Assembly (NCBI GenBank): GCA_030141605.1
Contig: JAQGDQ010000797.1
Location: 30,787 to 94,786 of the forward strand
From: Tubiluchus corallicola
Taxonomy: Eukaryota; Animalia; Priapulida
Length of the DNA stretch: 64,000 nucleotides
Direction of reading: 5' to 3'
The translations under genes and the position numbers were made by a program. The notes under the pieces were generated by a model. That model had not been told where the DNA came from. It made no database searches and saw nothing but the letters and a program-made list of their open reading frames with translations. This document shows, piece by piece, positions 1 to 11,473 of the stretch (positions are counted from its first letter, which is position 1; each line of letters opens with the position of its first letter).

Positions 1-1375
1 AATATGCACAAGAACATGCAACTGAGATAGAGATTAACCTCATACCTGCATGCACACTTACGACCAAATGCGATTTTAATGTTTTTCAACAACTGCCTGA
101 CATCTCCCAGCTTCCTTAATGGTTTCCGATATAAGAAAGTGCTTACACGTTCACCAAGCACGGAAGCCATGAAACGTGCGAGCGCGTGCGTGCTTTATTA
201 AATGCACGTTATAAACTTATACACGTTATACACTTTATTAAATGAGTTATAAATTGTTATACGTGTAAGCTGAAGTATAGAAAAACTAAAATATAATGTC
301 CTAGTAAAACATTGCATTGGTAAAAGAATGCATATGCAAAAACAACAAATACTTGAAAGCTGTATGCCAGTAATATAAACTTATATACAATAGCTGATAT
401 GCATTTGCAAATAACCTGATATATGAAAATATCAATGTAAGCCTTTAAAACTATTAAAATGTTCAAGGCTCAATTAAAAATCAGTGAAATTCATGAGTTG
501 CAACCTACACATGGCGCATGCGTACAAGCGTGAAATAAACAAGCTTAAGTTGAGAGTAACGGTAATGATGGTGATGACGACAACGACGACGGTACACGTA
601 TTACTTTTCTCAAAGCATTCAGGTATCTAATTCTTGAGATGTAACTTATTGCCATTAGTTAAAGTACAAGTTTCTTGCGCAGAAAAACAACAGCTGTTAA
701 TGGCAAAGTTCTTGAATGGCTAGAGTTGAGTGTAAAGGCTTCCTCAACCATTTCAAGTCGTTATTTCGTGCAATTACAGTTTGCAGAAGACGTAAACGGA
801 CAAGTAATGAACGGAAATATTGGTTTTAAATACTTGTCGCTGCTGCATCATTGTAATTTACCACGCAATTTTGTGTGCCATGCAGTGTATAGAAATAACA
901 GTGTTGTCACAGTAATACATGTAGTAGAAGTAGTAATTAGTAAACGAATTCCATAATTAAGTTGCTAGAAAAACAAACACGACGTTTCAAACATTCTTCA
1001 CATGAAAGAATAAAAGCATAAAATTATCGTAATAGATACAACAAGTCTTGACCACGTTTTAAGACAAGTCCCAAATCTTTCAGTTCAAGTCTCAAATCAA
1101 GTCTAGTCCAATATTGCCATACCAGCTTTGAGTTCATATATTAGCTTAAACATAAGCTTGTATGCGTCACCGTACAAACCAAATTTAAAACAAACTTAAA
1201 CGTGGAGGAGAGAACAAATTAAATACCAGTTCAAATTCATATTTTCAAATTCACAGCTAATGTATTTATATGTGTTTAAAGATCCACACAAAGCGACAAA
1301 TTTAAAATGAGTAAAATGGTACAGTAATTATTGCTGCAGTAATCAAAACAATGGCTTATTCAAACAAGCATGATC

Positions 1376-2225
1376 TATTATTGAAAGAACCCAGTTTTAT
1401 CAAAAACTTTGAAATATAAAATCATCCAAAACCCCAAACGTTTCAGCTGCAGAGTCTAGCAGTCATCTTCAGCGCTATAAATATATAGCTGTTGGTTGGA
1501 CGTTTGCATCACGATCCCTACTAGTTTTTTGTTGGCTTTGTAGTTGTTGAATAATCCAACTATTATTTATTAGGACTCATGAATGATTTATTCAGATATT
1601 CACAGTATTATCGAAAGAAACAACTTCACTAAAAACTTAAAAATATTAAATCATGCCAACGTTTCGACTGCAATGTCTAGCAGTGACTTCAGTGACTTGC
1701 ATGTTGACAAATGATGACTGCTAGTCTCTGCAGTCGAAACTTTTGACACGATTTTATATTTTATTAAAGTTTTTAAGGAAAAACGTTTCTTTCAATAATG
1801 TTGTGAGTACCTGTATAATCTGTTTAGATTGTTTATTGTTATAGTGTTGCTCTGTAGAAAAAACAATTTCAATAACATTTTGCGTGATTTTACATGTTAA
1901 AATTTTTAATAAAAGTTGGTTCTTACAATAATAGTGTGAGTACCTGTAAAAATTGACTTGGATTATTCAACAACTACAAGACCTACAAAAAACTAGTAGG
2001 GTTGGTGATGAAAACTTTTTATAAACCGCTATATATGAACAACAATGAAGATGAACAATGACAAAGAAGACGCTGTAGTCAAAACGTTGGCATGATTTTA
2101 TACTTTAAAGATTTTAATGAAAGTTGTTTCTTTTAACAATTCTGTCAGTGCCTGTATAAATTGACTTGGATTGTTATATATACTGTTGCATTGTAGAAAA
2201 GATCAAGATCAGTAGCATTTTTGAC
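1376..2225. mobile_element. Penelope-like/retrozyme-like repeat: tandem units in inverted arrangement with four hammerhead-like motifs
   Basis: Minus 1436-1472 CTGAAGA-tgactgc..gcagct-GAAACGTT; minus 1657-1692; degenerate plus copies at about 1707-1745 and 2061-2092; left half is reverse-complementary to right half. Confidence 0.55.
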
Positions 2226-2949
2226 ACAAGAGTCTGACACGATGTGGCTTCATAAGAATTCCATTAGGGCTGAAAATCCTCTCGACTACTAGTTATACTA
2301 GTGGTACTCTAACAGCGACCTAATGCTACACGAGAACGGCGTATGATATCGAACTATTATCACATGATTTTAAAGGGATTGTTTTAGGCCTGTTTTTTTC
2401 GTGTTACGCTTTTTCAGTGTTCAAACCGCAAATGAACCGCAGAACATTTGCAGTAAAGCTATCAAGCGACTTAAGCCAAGTTAGGTATTTGGACGAGCCT
2501 TTAGTCAAGTCAAGTCAAGTCCTAAAGGGTTCGAGTCTGAATTTTGTGAATCGAGTCCCAAGTCACCAACCCTGAATTTTAAACACATAAAGATATCACG
2601 TTTAAAAATAGGATACAACCACATAGAAAAAACACAGAAGCACAAAAAATGCAAGGAAAAACACGAGCAATTGGGTCTGTACTTACAAACACACTAAACA
2701 GAAATGCATTCAGCACCATAAAATACCCTTTCCTGTGATTTTCAGGTATGTATAGTCAACAGTGGGGTATTTTTCTCCTATTAATTTATCAGGACGCAAT
2801 TCAAAATAACGCCCCAAAATGTCCTTAATAGACTCGAAAAAAGGCACCCCTTTTCTGCACTGAGAGTTACATTCCCTAACTTTCAACAAAAAATTAACTT
2901 TAACACAAAAGTCCAAGGACAGCCAGAAATCTGGCTTAAGGAACCATAC

Positions 2950-3430
2950 TAACAGTATAAGTATAAATATCGCACTTAGTCTAATTCCAGAACAAGCAAT
3001 CTAAAATAAATTAGGACAAATACCTACTATGGAACGAACTCTGTAATCAAGCAAGCAGTTCTACTTTGGAATTCTCTACCATTACAGGTTAAACAAATCA
3101 AGTCCCTATCAGCATTTAAAACAAAATTAAAATCACAAATACTAACCAGATATGAAATACCATCACACCAGTACGACAACATACACAGTAATTCAGAATT
3201 TATATATCCACGGCCATATTAATTAAATCATAATTTTTTCATTTTTTTGTGCATAGTTGTAAATATGTTTGATTTTATTCGTCGTTACTTTCCATTATTG
3301 CACAGTAGTTTAGATTGCACTGACGCATTTGCCTTTTGCAGTGTAAGTTTTTATTAACTAACACTGATTGATCATCTCTGTAAAATTTTTATCAGTGATT
3401 ATCAATGTATTTTAATGGCAAATAAAGATT
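2950..3430 (+). mobile_element. LINE 3' fragment (family with three copies in the window)
   Basis: Encodes ...LWNSLPLQVKQIKSLSAFKTKLK, a typical LINE ORF2 C-terminus; ends gcaaataaagattatt; near-identical inverted copy at 37119-37560. Confidence 0.7.
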
Positions 3431-3787
3431 ATTATATATACATATACATATAGTCATAATCACAAAACTATGAGCTTAGACACAACAGAAATTGAGTTGA
3501 CCGGCTGATTAGAAACAGTGATAGATTGAAACGGATTTTTTCTTCGCTTCTTGATTCTGAGATTTTTTTCAATAATTGTTACTATTCTGCCATTACAGCA
3601 ACTAGATATATAATTTATTGACATGTGGTCAACAAGGCCGATCAAAAAAATAGTAAACATTTCGTATACAGTATTAGTTTGCAAGCACAGTTTACGATTT
3701 GCTACAATTAAGAATTAGACTTGCATAGTAGTGGCAGTAGATGAAGTTGTACATAGACTTTAATATTCCTGCTGATAATGAACTCGT

Positions 3788-4040
3788 GTATGGAACGCCA
3801 AATGGAATTTAATTCTTATTTTTGCATATTAATAAATAAATTAGTGAATATTAATACATCACTTTTAATCAATACTTTGTAAGACATTTATTAATATTAA
3901 CAAATGATTTATGATTATTCATAATTGATTTATTAATATTAAAAAAACATTTATGAATATTCAAAATTGATTTACTAATACTCAAAAATAGTTTGTTAAT
4001 ATTAAAAATAAGCATCATATTTCACTTTGGTATTCCATAC
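3788..4040. mobile_element. Small TIR element filled with about 22-bp AT-rich degenerate tandem repeats
   Basis: gtatggaacgccaaatggaa / ttcactttggtattccatac; internal units like aattgatttattaatattaaaa. Confidence 0.5.
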
Positions 4041-5889
4041 TCTTGACAATGCTGAAAAATTCAGGTTTCGTTTGTTCAAATCATCCGAGAAATGGCATTG
4101 CGGCTGCTGTGGCTACATTGCATTTCTCTTTTCCAAGTGTGTCTTTTGCAGCTCTTGCATGTGGTGTAACAATACATGACATTGTAAATCAAAAACACTG
4201 TTTTTTATCATCCAAAATACGACGTTAGAAACTGCCTTCCTTTCTTCGCTTTTGACTTTCAAAAGATTAGAGCCAGTCTGACTTCGCAGAAATGAGATCT
4301 TAAGTCTTGGCTACAATACGGCCAATAAAATCAAGTTTCGAAGAAACCTGCCTCAATCCACACAGACGTTGAAAGCCATTTTAGCTCCCACCTGCCGTAA
4401 AGTAACTAGCAGAATTTTAAAACTGTGAGTCTCTGGACTCTTGTAATTTTCTAGGCATTAGCGGCCATCATCGTTAAAAGGGATAGGAAACAGTAATTAC
4501 GATGGATTTTAATAAAGCAAGGTGGGAAGCTGTAAAAAGTCCCCATTGTGGCAATTGACAATCAGTTGCAAAAGTGGAAACAATGAACAGTCACTGAACA
4601 ATGAACAAATGATAGGGTAGTTGTGAAACTTGTGATTTGATTTTATTTTGTTGTATAGTAGAAAAACTGCATTAAATTGTTAGACAAAAACAGCCCTTAA
4701 CGAACAGTTCTTCAAGAGTGTGTCACATATGTAGGATAGAGGTTAAACCAGTTAAACTGTTCCAAGTTTTAATTTACTCATGCTAGAGAAATTATTAACT
4801 AATTAGATTACATGTTCTTAAGTAATTAAAGCCATAGAACAACTTATAGTTAGTCAATCAATTATTTGAAATCTTAGTTTCAAGAGTGTAGACTAAGATT
4901 GAATTCACACACATTTCTGAAGCCAAAAGTCCCTAGTTCAAATCTAGACTCAGTAAAAAAATTTCAACACTATATTTTTTGTGTGTGATAAATTTCATAG
5001 TAGCTTTGAGTTCCTTTCAATTTTCTTCGAAAAACTTGAAATTAAGATGGTGAGTAATTATTGGAATAATAAATGCAGCATTGATCTATAAGTGAAAGTA
5101 ATGGGCACGTTATATGTGAAAGCAATAACAAAATAACTGAAACGAATCAACAGATTTAAACATAGAAGCAGCAATAGGTCAGCAATGTCAAAAATTAAAA
5201 ACGGCCACGATGATGACAACTACAATGATCACAATGATGGGGACAAATGTAATTGCTCAGAATAATAAAACAAATTTACAGCAGTAAAAAGCCGCTATAA
5301 AAATTCAATAAATTACAAATGCATTACACCCTGAGGGGAGGTGCCTCCATCAAACCGCAAATTGCGACCCAGTTTTTGGCATTTGATCTGTCCTCTCTAA
5401 TTCAACTCGAAGTTCAATACAAAGGGAAAATTTAAAATCAAAATTTTATGAATGTTAAATTTTACAAACATCAGGTAGGCTACATAATTTTAAAATCAAA
5501 AAGTGGTCAGTGTTTCGCTTAACAGCTAACCAGACATCGGTCAGCAAAAAGCGACATACTGAAATGATCTGTAAACCAAAAACAAAACGTAATCAAGTGA
5601 CAAGTATTTGTTATAATTGGCTAATGCCACTTTTTGTTTTGATTTTAATTTAAAATTTAATTAATTTTGTTAATTACTGTTACTTATTATAATTGTTGTA
5701 GTGTTTGTTCTAAAGAATAAAAAAGATATGGAACTAGGTCCTCAGGCCTCGGGTGAGATCTGATAGGACTAGGGACCGGATCTCGGAGCTCGTTAAACTT
5801 ACTTAATTCCATCTTAGATGTTGGCCTAACACAGCCCACTTAAGTCGCTTAATGAGAGCGCTTTAAGATCCCAATTTTACAAGCACACA

Positions 5890-6432
5890 AAGACTTCTAC
5901 ACAATCTTGTTTTTATATAAATACATCAACAATATTAACACGCCCTTCATCAAAAATAAGCTTCCACTCCTCTTGGAGCCAACATTAAATTCAAGAACAC
6001 ACAATATTAAACAAATACGCACTAATAACAAATACGGCAACAATTCTATCACTAAACAAGGAGTTCAACTTTGGAATACCCTGCCATCAAATTTAAAACA
6101 AATCAAGTCTTTCGACGAATTCAAATCAAAATTAAAAATACATACAATAAATCGTTTGAAAAACCCTACATACGTAAACAATAATATATATTCATCCGCA
6201 AATTTTATTTACTCACGCCCATTTTAAATTGCATGTATATATTGTATATAGTCTATTATAATTTGCGTGTAACATCATAATGTATATTTTGTTTTAAATT
6301 TTTGGCACAGTAGTTTTTAGTTTGCACTGGACGCATTTACCTTTAACAGTTGTGTGAATTTTATTCTCATGCTACGATGTCCTTTTATGCTTTTATAGTT
6401 ATGAATGTCGATTTTTTATGGCAAATAAAGAT
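5890..6432 (+). mobile_element. LINE 3' fragment, diverged relative of 2950-3430
   Basis: ORF 5907-6227 contains QLWNTLPSNLKQIKSFDEFKSKLK; same 3' end ...gcacagtagttt...gacgcattt...ggcaaataaagattatt. Confidence 0.7.
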
Positions 6433-6588
6433 TATTATATATATATTGTGCGCAGATTTCAACAATGCGCAGCTGCGCACCAATAGCTCCACCCTAGCGG
6501 AGAAAACTGGGTCAACGTTGTTGTCATCATCGTGTTTCTGTGACAGTTACATGACGATCTTATCAGTCAGTGAATTTGACCTGTCAAG

Positions 6589-6612
6589 ATGTACGCATTA
6601 TTGCTACTTCTG
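6589..6612 (+). CDS. Coding exon 1 of secreted repeat-peptide precursor (MYALLLLL, first half of signal peptide)
   Basis: caagATG TAC GCA TTA TTG CTA CTT CTG followed directly by consensus donor GTGAGT (6613-6618), phase 0. Joining to the phase-0 acceptor at 10846 gives MYALLLLLALAGSTCG, a typical signal peptide. Confidence 0.75.
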
Positions 6613-7002
6613 GTGAGTTACATTTTCGCATTCAACAAAATTTTTATTTAGTAAGAGAACTTCGAGTGGGACAAAAGACAAGGAATTCATTTTCACTCTC
6701 CGAATAAATTCATTTTCCTTAGCAAACTGAAATTGAACATGATCAATGAAAGGAAGCGCAGAACATAGAATATTGCAAATTGTCGGATTGCTTCTCATTC
6801 ATCGTCAGGCGAACAATAACAAACAGAGGAATTCGTTATATTCTATAGTTATGTATGCTCTTGAACACCCGAAATAAAGTTTAAATAGAAGTTCAGTTGT
6901 TTTACCATTATTAATTTGGAATTTATTTTTTTTTGTAGGTCACAATTTATTTTCAGTTTTCATTTTCTATCATAGCTTTTCAGCGTAACTATTTGTCATT
7001 CT

Positions 7003-7042
7003 TTGCCTGACGATTGAGGCATAATTATCTCGAAAATTTGCA
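7003..7042 (+). ncRNA. Minimal hammerhead-ribozyme-like motif within an inverted repeat (about 6740-7075)
   Basis: ttgc-CTGACGA-ttgag-loop-ctc-GAAA-attt-gca; a degenerate reverse copy lies at about 6774-6811. Confidence 0.45.
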
Positions 7043-7336
7043 TTTTTCTATCTTTTGCGTTTTATTTTGTTGATCATACGATATTTCGGTTTGTTGGTGA
7101 AAATGCATTTATTCGGTGACGTTGGTGAGTTGCTTTAAGACGGCAGCGGTTTAAGAAATTACTCCCTGAATGGATTAAAGGTGCAACGTTCAAGTTAGTT
7201 CTTCACTGTACACTTGAACACGTCTAACTTCACGAGCATATGTAAAAAAAATTTAAAACTGTTTCTAATCGTAACTGTTTGTGTATTCTTCTTTAAATGG
7301 CAACAAAATCATTACACAGGTATGTCTAATAGAATT

Positions 7337-7860
7337 TTCGAGGCTACAGCCCGGACGACGGCACCATTTGCGACGATCTATATATCAAACGAAAGGTCTC
7401 GATCTAGTGTCGTGCCATTGGTGGTTTATTTTTCGAATTGGGCCCACCGGGAGGAGGGGGGGGGCGAAAAACCTCCAAAAATGGCCCTTTTCGGCCGTTT
7501 TTTGCAAAAGTTATACGGCTGAGATGTAGAGAACGGGAACGGGCCGAGGGTGGTCCTGGGTATGGATAGATAGCCCGTTGAGCGGTGGGTGTAGTAGGCC
7601 TATTTAGAATTCGCGAGAGGGCCACGGCGCCCCGCAACGGGCGTTTTCCCGGACCCAACTCGCGATTTTTTCGAAATTTTGACCAAACAGCCTGCGGGAA
7701 AAACAGCCTACTCTCGGAAGGAGATATATAGCTCTTTACAAAGAGGAAGGACAGGGCTACACGATAATGTGGGTTATATTTTAGGGCAAGTCCCCTAGAG
7801 GAGTATCGAAGAGTTAATTACGTGTTCTATTTTCCGCAAATTTCGACAATTTTCGCTTAG
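7337..7860 (+). mobile_element. Dispersed copy of the GC-rich internal segment of the Helitron family, in intron 1 of the peptide gene
   Basis: ttcgaggctacagcccggacg...ttttcgcttag closely matches 62429-62959; Helitron termini absent here. Confidence 0.8.
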
Positions 7861-8529
7861 AATGTCTAATTAAACTACTAACATGTCTTATCACAATTTC
7901 GATTGAAAGTCGTTACAAGAAATAACTGGGCTCCATAAACGTTTAAAACTGAGTCTTCCAAAGTTTATGACGTTGTACTAAATTTGAAAAACTCATGGTA
8001 CATACTAAATTTGAAAAACTTATGGTACACCACGTTATAATGTAGATGCCAATTATTATGGCTATCACGTGGGTAATTTTATTCGCTTTTATTATAATGT
8101 TTACAACGGACACTGACACAAGACAATAAAATTAGTTTTAGTGTCAAAAGTAATGACTTCAATTCAGAACAAACGAACATGGCAAAATAAACTTGAGATT
8201 GCCAGTATACCGCCAGACATTCAATAAACGTTGCATATATTGTTAATATAACATTGTTGTGTTAACGTTACTATAATAATAATAATCATAAATCTTTCTT
8301 TGAAAAAATTTTTTACAATCCGTATGGAAGATTTTAACAAAAATACCTTATAACATTGTTTATTTCGTTAAACTTTTAAATAAAAGAATGCGATGCCTAA
8401 GGTTATGAAAAACGATGTATGAAAATTCGCACAATGTTCTTTAATTCTGTTTAAAATGACGGTAGTGTGGATATGTTTTTTGTTCCCGCTAGAGCGGATA
8501 GGTTCATTAAATTGGCACAGTATGATAAT

Positions 8530-8975
8530 CAGGGCCGGTGCTAGTAAGTGTGTCTCTCACGGGGCCCTCCACTCTACAAAACTGTAAATTGATGTTTTAT
8601 GCTGCGTGTAGTACTCCACTCCAGTCAAAAAGCGCTGAGGGCTTGAAGCTACACCATTAGCCACAAAGACATGTACTAGAAATTGAAAATCTGTATGAAA
8701 TATTTAGTGTTTTATTACAAGACAAGATAATTACTGGCATACTGTTTGTGCATGTACCTTCTAAAAACAGATGATAAACTGAAATTACAAAACAAATAAA
8801 CAAATGATCAGCAAAAAATGTTGAAACGTAGATATACAGACTGAAAGGTTCCACTGCCTGCTCAGTATCAAGAAACATATGCATACCGACACTCATTAAT
8901 TCATCATAGAGTTCTCGACTCGAGAGTGAGCGGGGCCCAATTTGAAAAAATCTCTCTGACTTAAAACAGGCCCTG
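8530..8975. mobile_element. Non-autonomous hAT element
   Basis: Termini cagggcc / ggccctg; flanks atgataat / agcataat (6/8 TSD match). Confidence 0.6.
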
Positions 8976-9039
8976 AGCATAATTACCATTTATAATAAAT
9001 TTCGGCTTTAATGGCTTTTTATGTCCATGTTATGGTCAC

Positions 9040-9211
9040 GTTATGTCCTTGTAAGGACATTCAAACTGAGAAACACGTTATACAGGCATGCCCCCTAACA
9101 TCTAATATTAGAAACTGCTACGACAATGTAAACTTTGCTGATTTAACTCACTTCTTTCAGCGCCCTAATTGTTACATAATTTGTCATGAAATTTTGTATC
9201 TTTTATACTGA
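9040..9211 (+). mobile_element. LINE C-terminal zinc-finger remnant
   Basis: CPCKDIQTEKHVIQACPL; matches the reverse complement of 27328-27385. Confidence 0.55.
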
Positions 9212-9281
9212 CTTGTTAATTAGTATGAAGTGAATGACGTGTAGGAAATTGTATAAATGATGCAAAAATAACGTCAGTACT

Positions 9282-10121
9282 CAGGGTCGGCTCTACCATT
9301 AGCGCAATATAGGCAGTTGCCTAGGGTGCCAAATTTTTGGGGGCACCTAATTCTACAAGTAATTCTTCAATTTTGAAGTTGCCTAAGTAGCAGCATTGTG
9401 CAGCTTATGTGAAATTCTTTAAGTACACAACACTAATTGAAAGAAACGAACGCCTGTAGTTTCTATTGTATGCATATGATGATGATGATAAATGTTTTAT
9501 TGAAAATAAATAAACATTTAGTGTAAATATAAACATTATATGCATAGAGCAGCATAGTTTAGTAAGAGCTTATAGTAATGAGCTTACTGTTAAAAAATTA
9601 TAGCATTTATATAATGACGGCAGATAAGAACAAAAGTCTTCGGTATACACGAAACAAAAAGTAAAAAACCTGGCTAGTGACGACAATGAACACCAAAAAA
9701 AAAGATTCGCTCCTGAAGCATTTGCAACCAGACCAGAGTTACGGTTGTGAAGGTGGTGAAGCTAGTAAAATGGATTTATAAGTGAAAAAGAGGAGTTAGG
9801 GTTTCCAAAATTTTCTAATGAAAAGCCGAGGGAAAATCTAGACAAGAATAGATGAAATTGCAGAAATTTGATTGCTCGTGAAAACCCAAGATGTACAATT
9901 TCATCATAAATTCAATTTCAGTTAACACAACACTAACTGTAGATAGGTAATTGACTACACTTAATCAGTACACTATAAGCCTAACACACAGGAACCACTA
10001 TGATTTATTATAATATCGTTCAAGAAAAATTCTATTTTCGAGGTGTGATCGGGACCGTGGGAGAAGGGGTTGACTAAAAATACTTTTGCCTAAGGCGACA
10101 AACTACTTATAGCCGATCCTG
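9282..10121. mobile_element. Non-autonomous hAT element
   Basis: Termini cagggtcggct / agccgatcctg; exact 8-bp TSD TCAGTACT (9274-9281, 10122-10129). Confidence 0.85.
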
Positions 10122-10846
10122 TCAGTACTGCATATAAGTATTTCGCTTATTGATTTACCATTGTGTTGTTCAAAAAAATTTAAATTCTACCTTGCATACA
10201 TAACACTGTTTTTAATGCTGTAACATTGAGTAGAAAATGTGCGTAAAGTGACATTTGGGCTAAAATCACTAACGCGATTTTGATTTGGTCAATAAACTAC
10301 ATACATACATTATTGTTATAGTAATCTTATTCTGTTATGATAAATGATAATGTTGAAAAATATATATAGACAATCCTGTCCTTCAATAACCAGGCTTTCG
10401 GTATTTTAAAGTACATCAGGTTTCGGTATACGCGTTAGTGGAACTTAACTGTTTCTTTATGATGTGTTACCTTCAATATCTAGAGTTCGGAGGCCTAAAT
10501 AGGACGGCAAGTATTTCTAATACGAATAATATTTTCGAAGCTTTCCCAGCGAGATCTTCTTGTTGTTGTTGTTGTTGTTGAATATCTGCATTAATTTTGA
10601 GCATGCAGTCATTACTGGTGTTCCTATCTCTTATCCCCCTTGCTTGTACGTAGTGCCACGGCAATATCTTTTTTCGTGCACAATTTCACTTCTGTTCTAT
10701 ACAACATTCCTCTGTTTTGCTATCAAACAATAACTGACTGACACCAACAATAGTAGAAAAGGTATACACTCTCTCCATTGCTGTAACATGGAATTTGTTT
10801 AAAATAAAAACATTTGCTAATGCCCTAATATTTCGCCTTATTTCAG

Positions 10847-11473
10847 GCGCTAGCGGGCAGCACGTGTGGTGAAGGTTACTCAGGAGGAAAGTTTGAAAAC
10901 AGCAACTACAAAAGTTTAGGATTTGATTTGGGCAAACATGGCCCACCAACTTCGGGTTTTGGCATTAAATCTCAATTTGGCGTGAACCCCGGTGGTAGCT
11001 TCCACAAGAATGGTCTCAATGACGACCACGAAGGATTTAGAATAGGAAGACATGGTCCACCAACGTCAGGTTTTGGCATCAAGAGTCGGTTTGGAGTGAA
11101 CACTGGTAATGCCTTTAACCGCGGTCGACGATCCAAAGACCGACATGGATACGGCATCGGTCGACACGATTCACCAACATTTGGCTACGGCATTAAGAGC
11201 CAATTTGGTGTGAACACCGGCAACGATTTTCATAGGAACGGATTCGTCAAAGACCTCGGCTTCCGTCTGGGAGTACATGCAGCACCAACGTCCGGCTTCG
11301 GAATCAAGAGACAATTTGGCGTAAACACCGGAGGTGACTTCCACAGAAATGGATTTGTTGACAACTCCAAATTCAATATTGGAAAACACGGTCCACCAAC
11401 GTCCGGATTTGGCATCAAGAGAAGCATAAGCGGAATTCCACAGCGTCAGTCACGTGGAAGATACGGAAATTAA
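10847..11473 (+). CDS. Coding exon 2 of secreted repeat-peptide precursor (neuropeptide-precursor-like; total 216 aa)
   Basis: Acceptor ...cgccttatttcAG at 10846; open frame ALAGSTCGEGYSGGKFENSNYKSLGFDL continuing into track ORF 10928-11473. Repeats of 38,38,37,37 aa plus a partial one; the motif HGPPTSGFGIK is encoded with different synonymous codons in different copies. ATTAAA at about 11516. Confidence 0.88.
   Translation, partial: ALAGSTCGEGYSGGKFENSNYKSLGFDLGKHGPPTSGFGIKSQFGVNPGGSFHKNGLNDDHEGFRIGRHGPPTSGFGIKSRFGVNTGNAFNRGRRSKDRHGYGIGRHDSPTFGYGIKSQFGVNTGNDFHRNGFVKDLGFRLGVHAAPTSGFGIKRQFGVNTGGDFHRNGFVDNSKFNIGKHGPPTSGFGIKRSISGIPQRQSRGRYGN

Noticed and set aside
4885-4955. tRNA gene (B-box-like gttcaaatc)
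   Set aside because: No cloverleaf or acceptor stem could be formed; at most a decayed SINE head.
10603-10645. Alternative signal-peptide exon MQSLLVFLSLIPLA with donor GTACGT
   Set aside because: Phase 1, out of frame with the strong acceptor at 10846; would need the weak TAG acceptor at 10853. Disfavoured but not excluded.
10972-11427. Antisense ORFs over the peptide gene
   Set aside because: Shadows of the plus-strand repeat; amino-acid conservation with synonymous change supports the plus frame.
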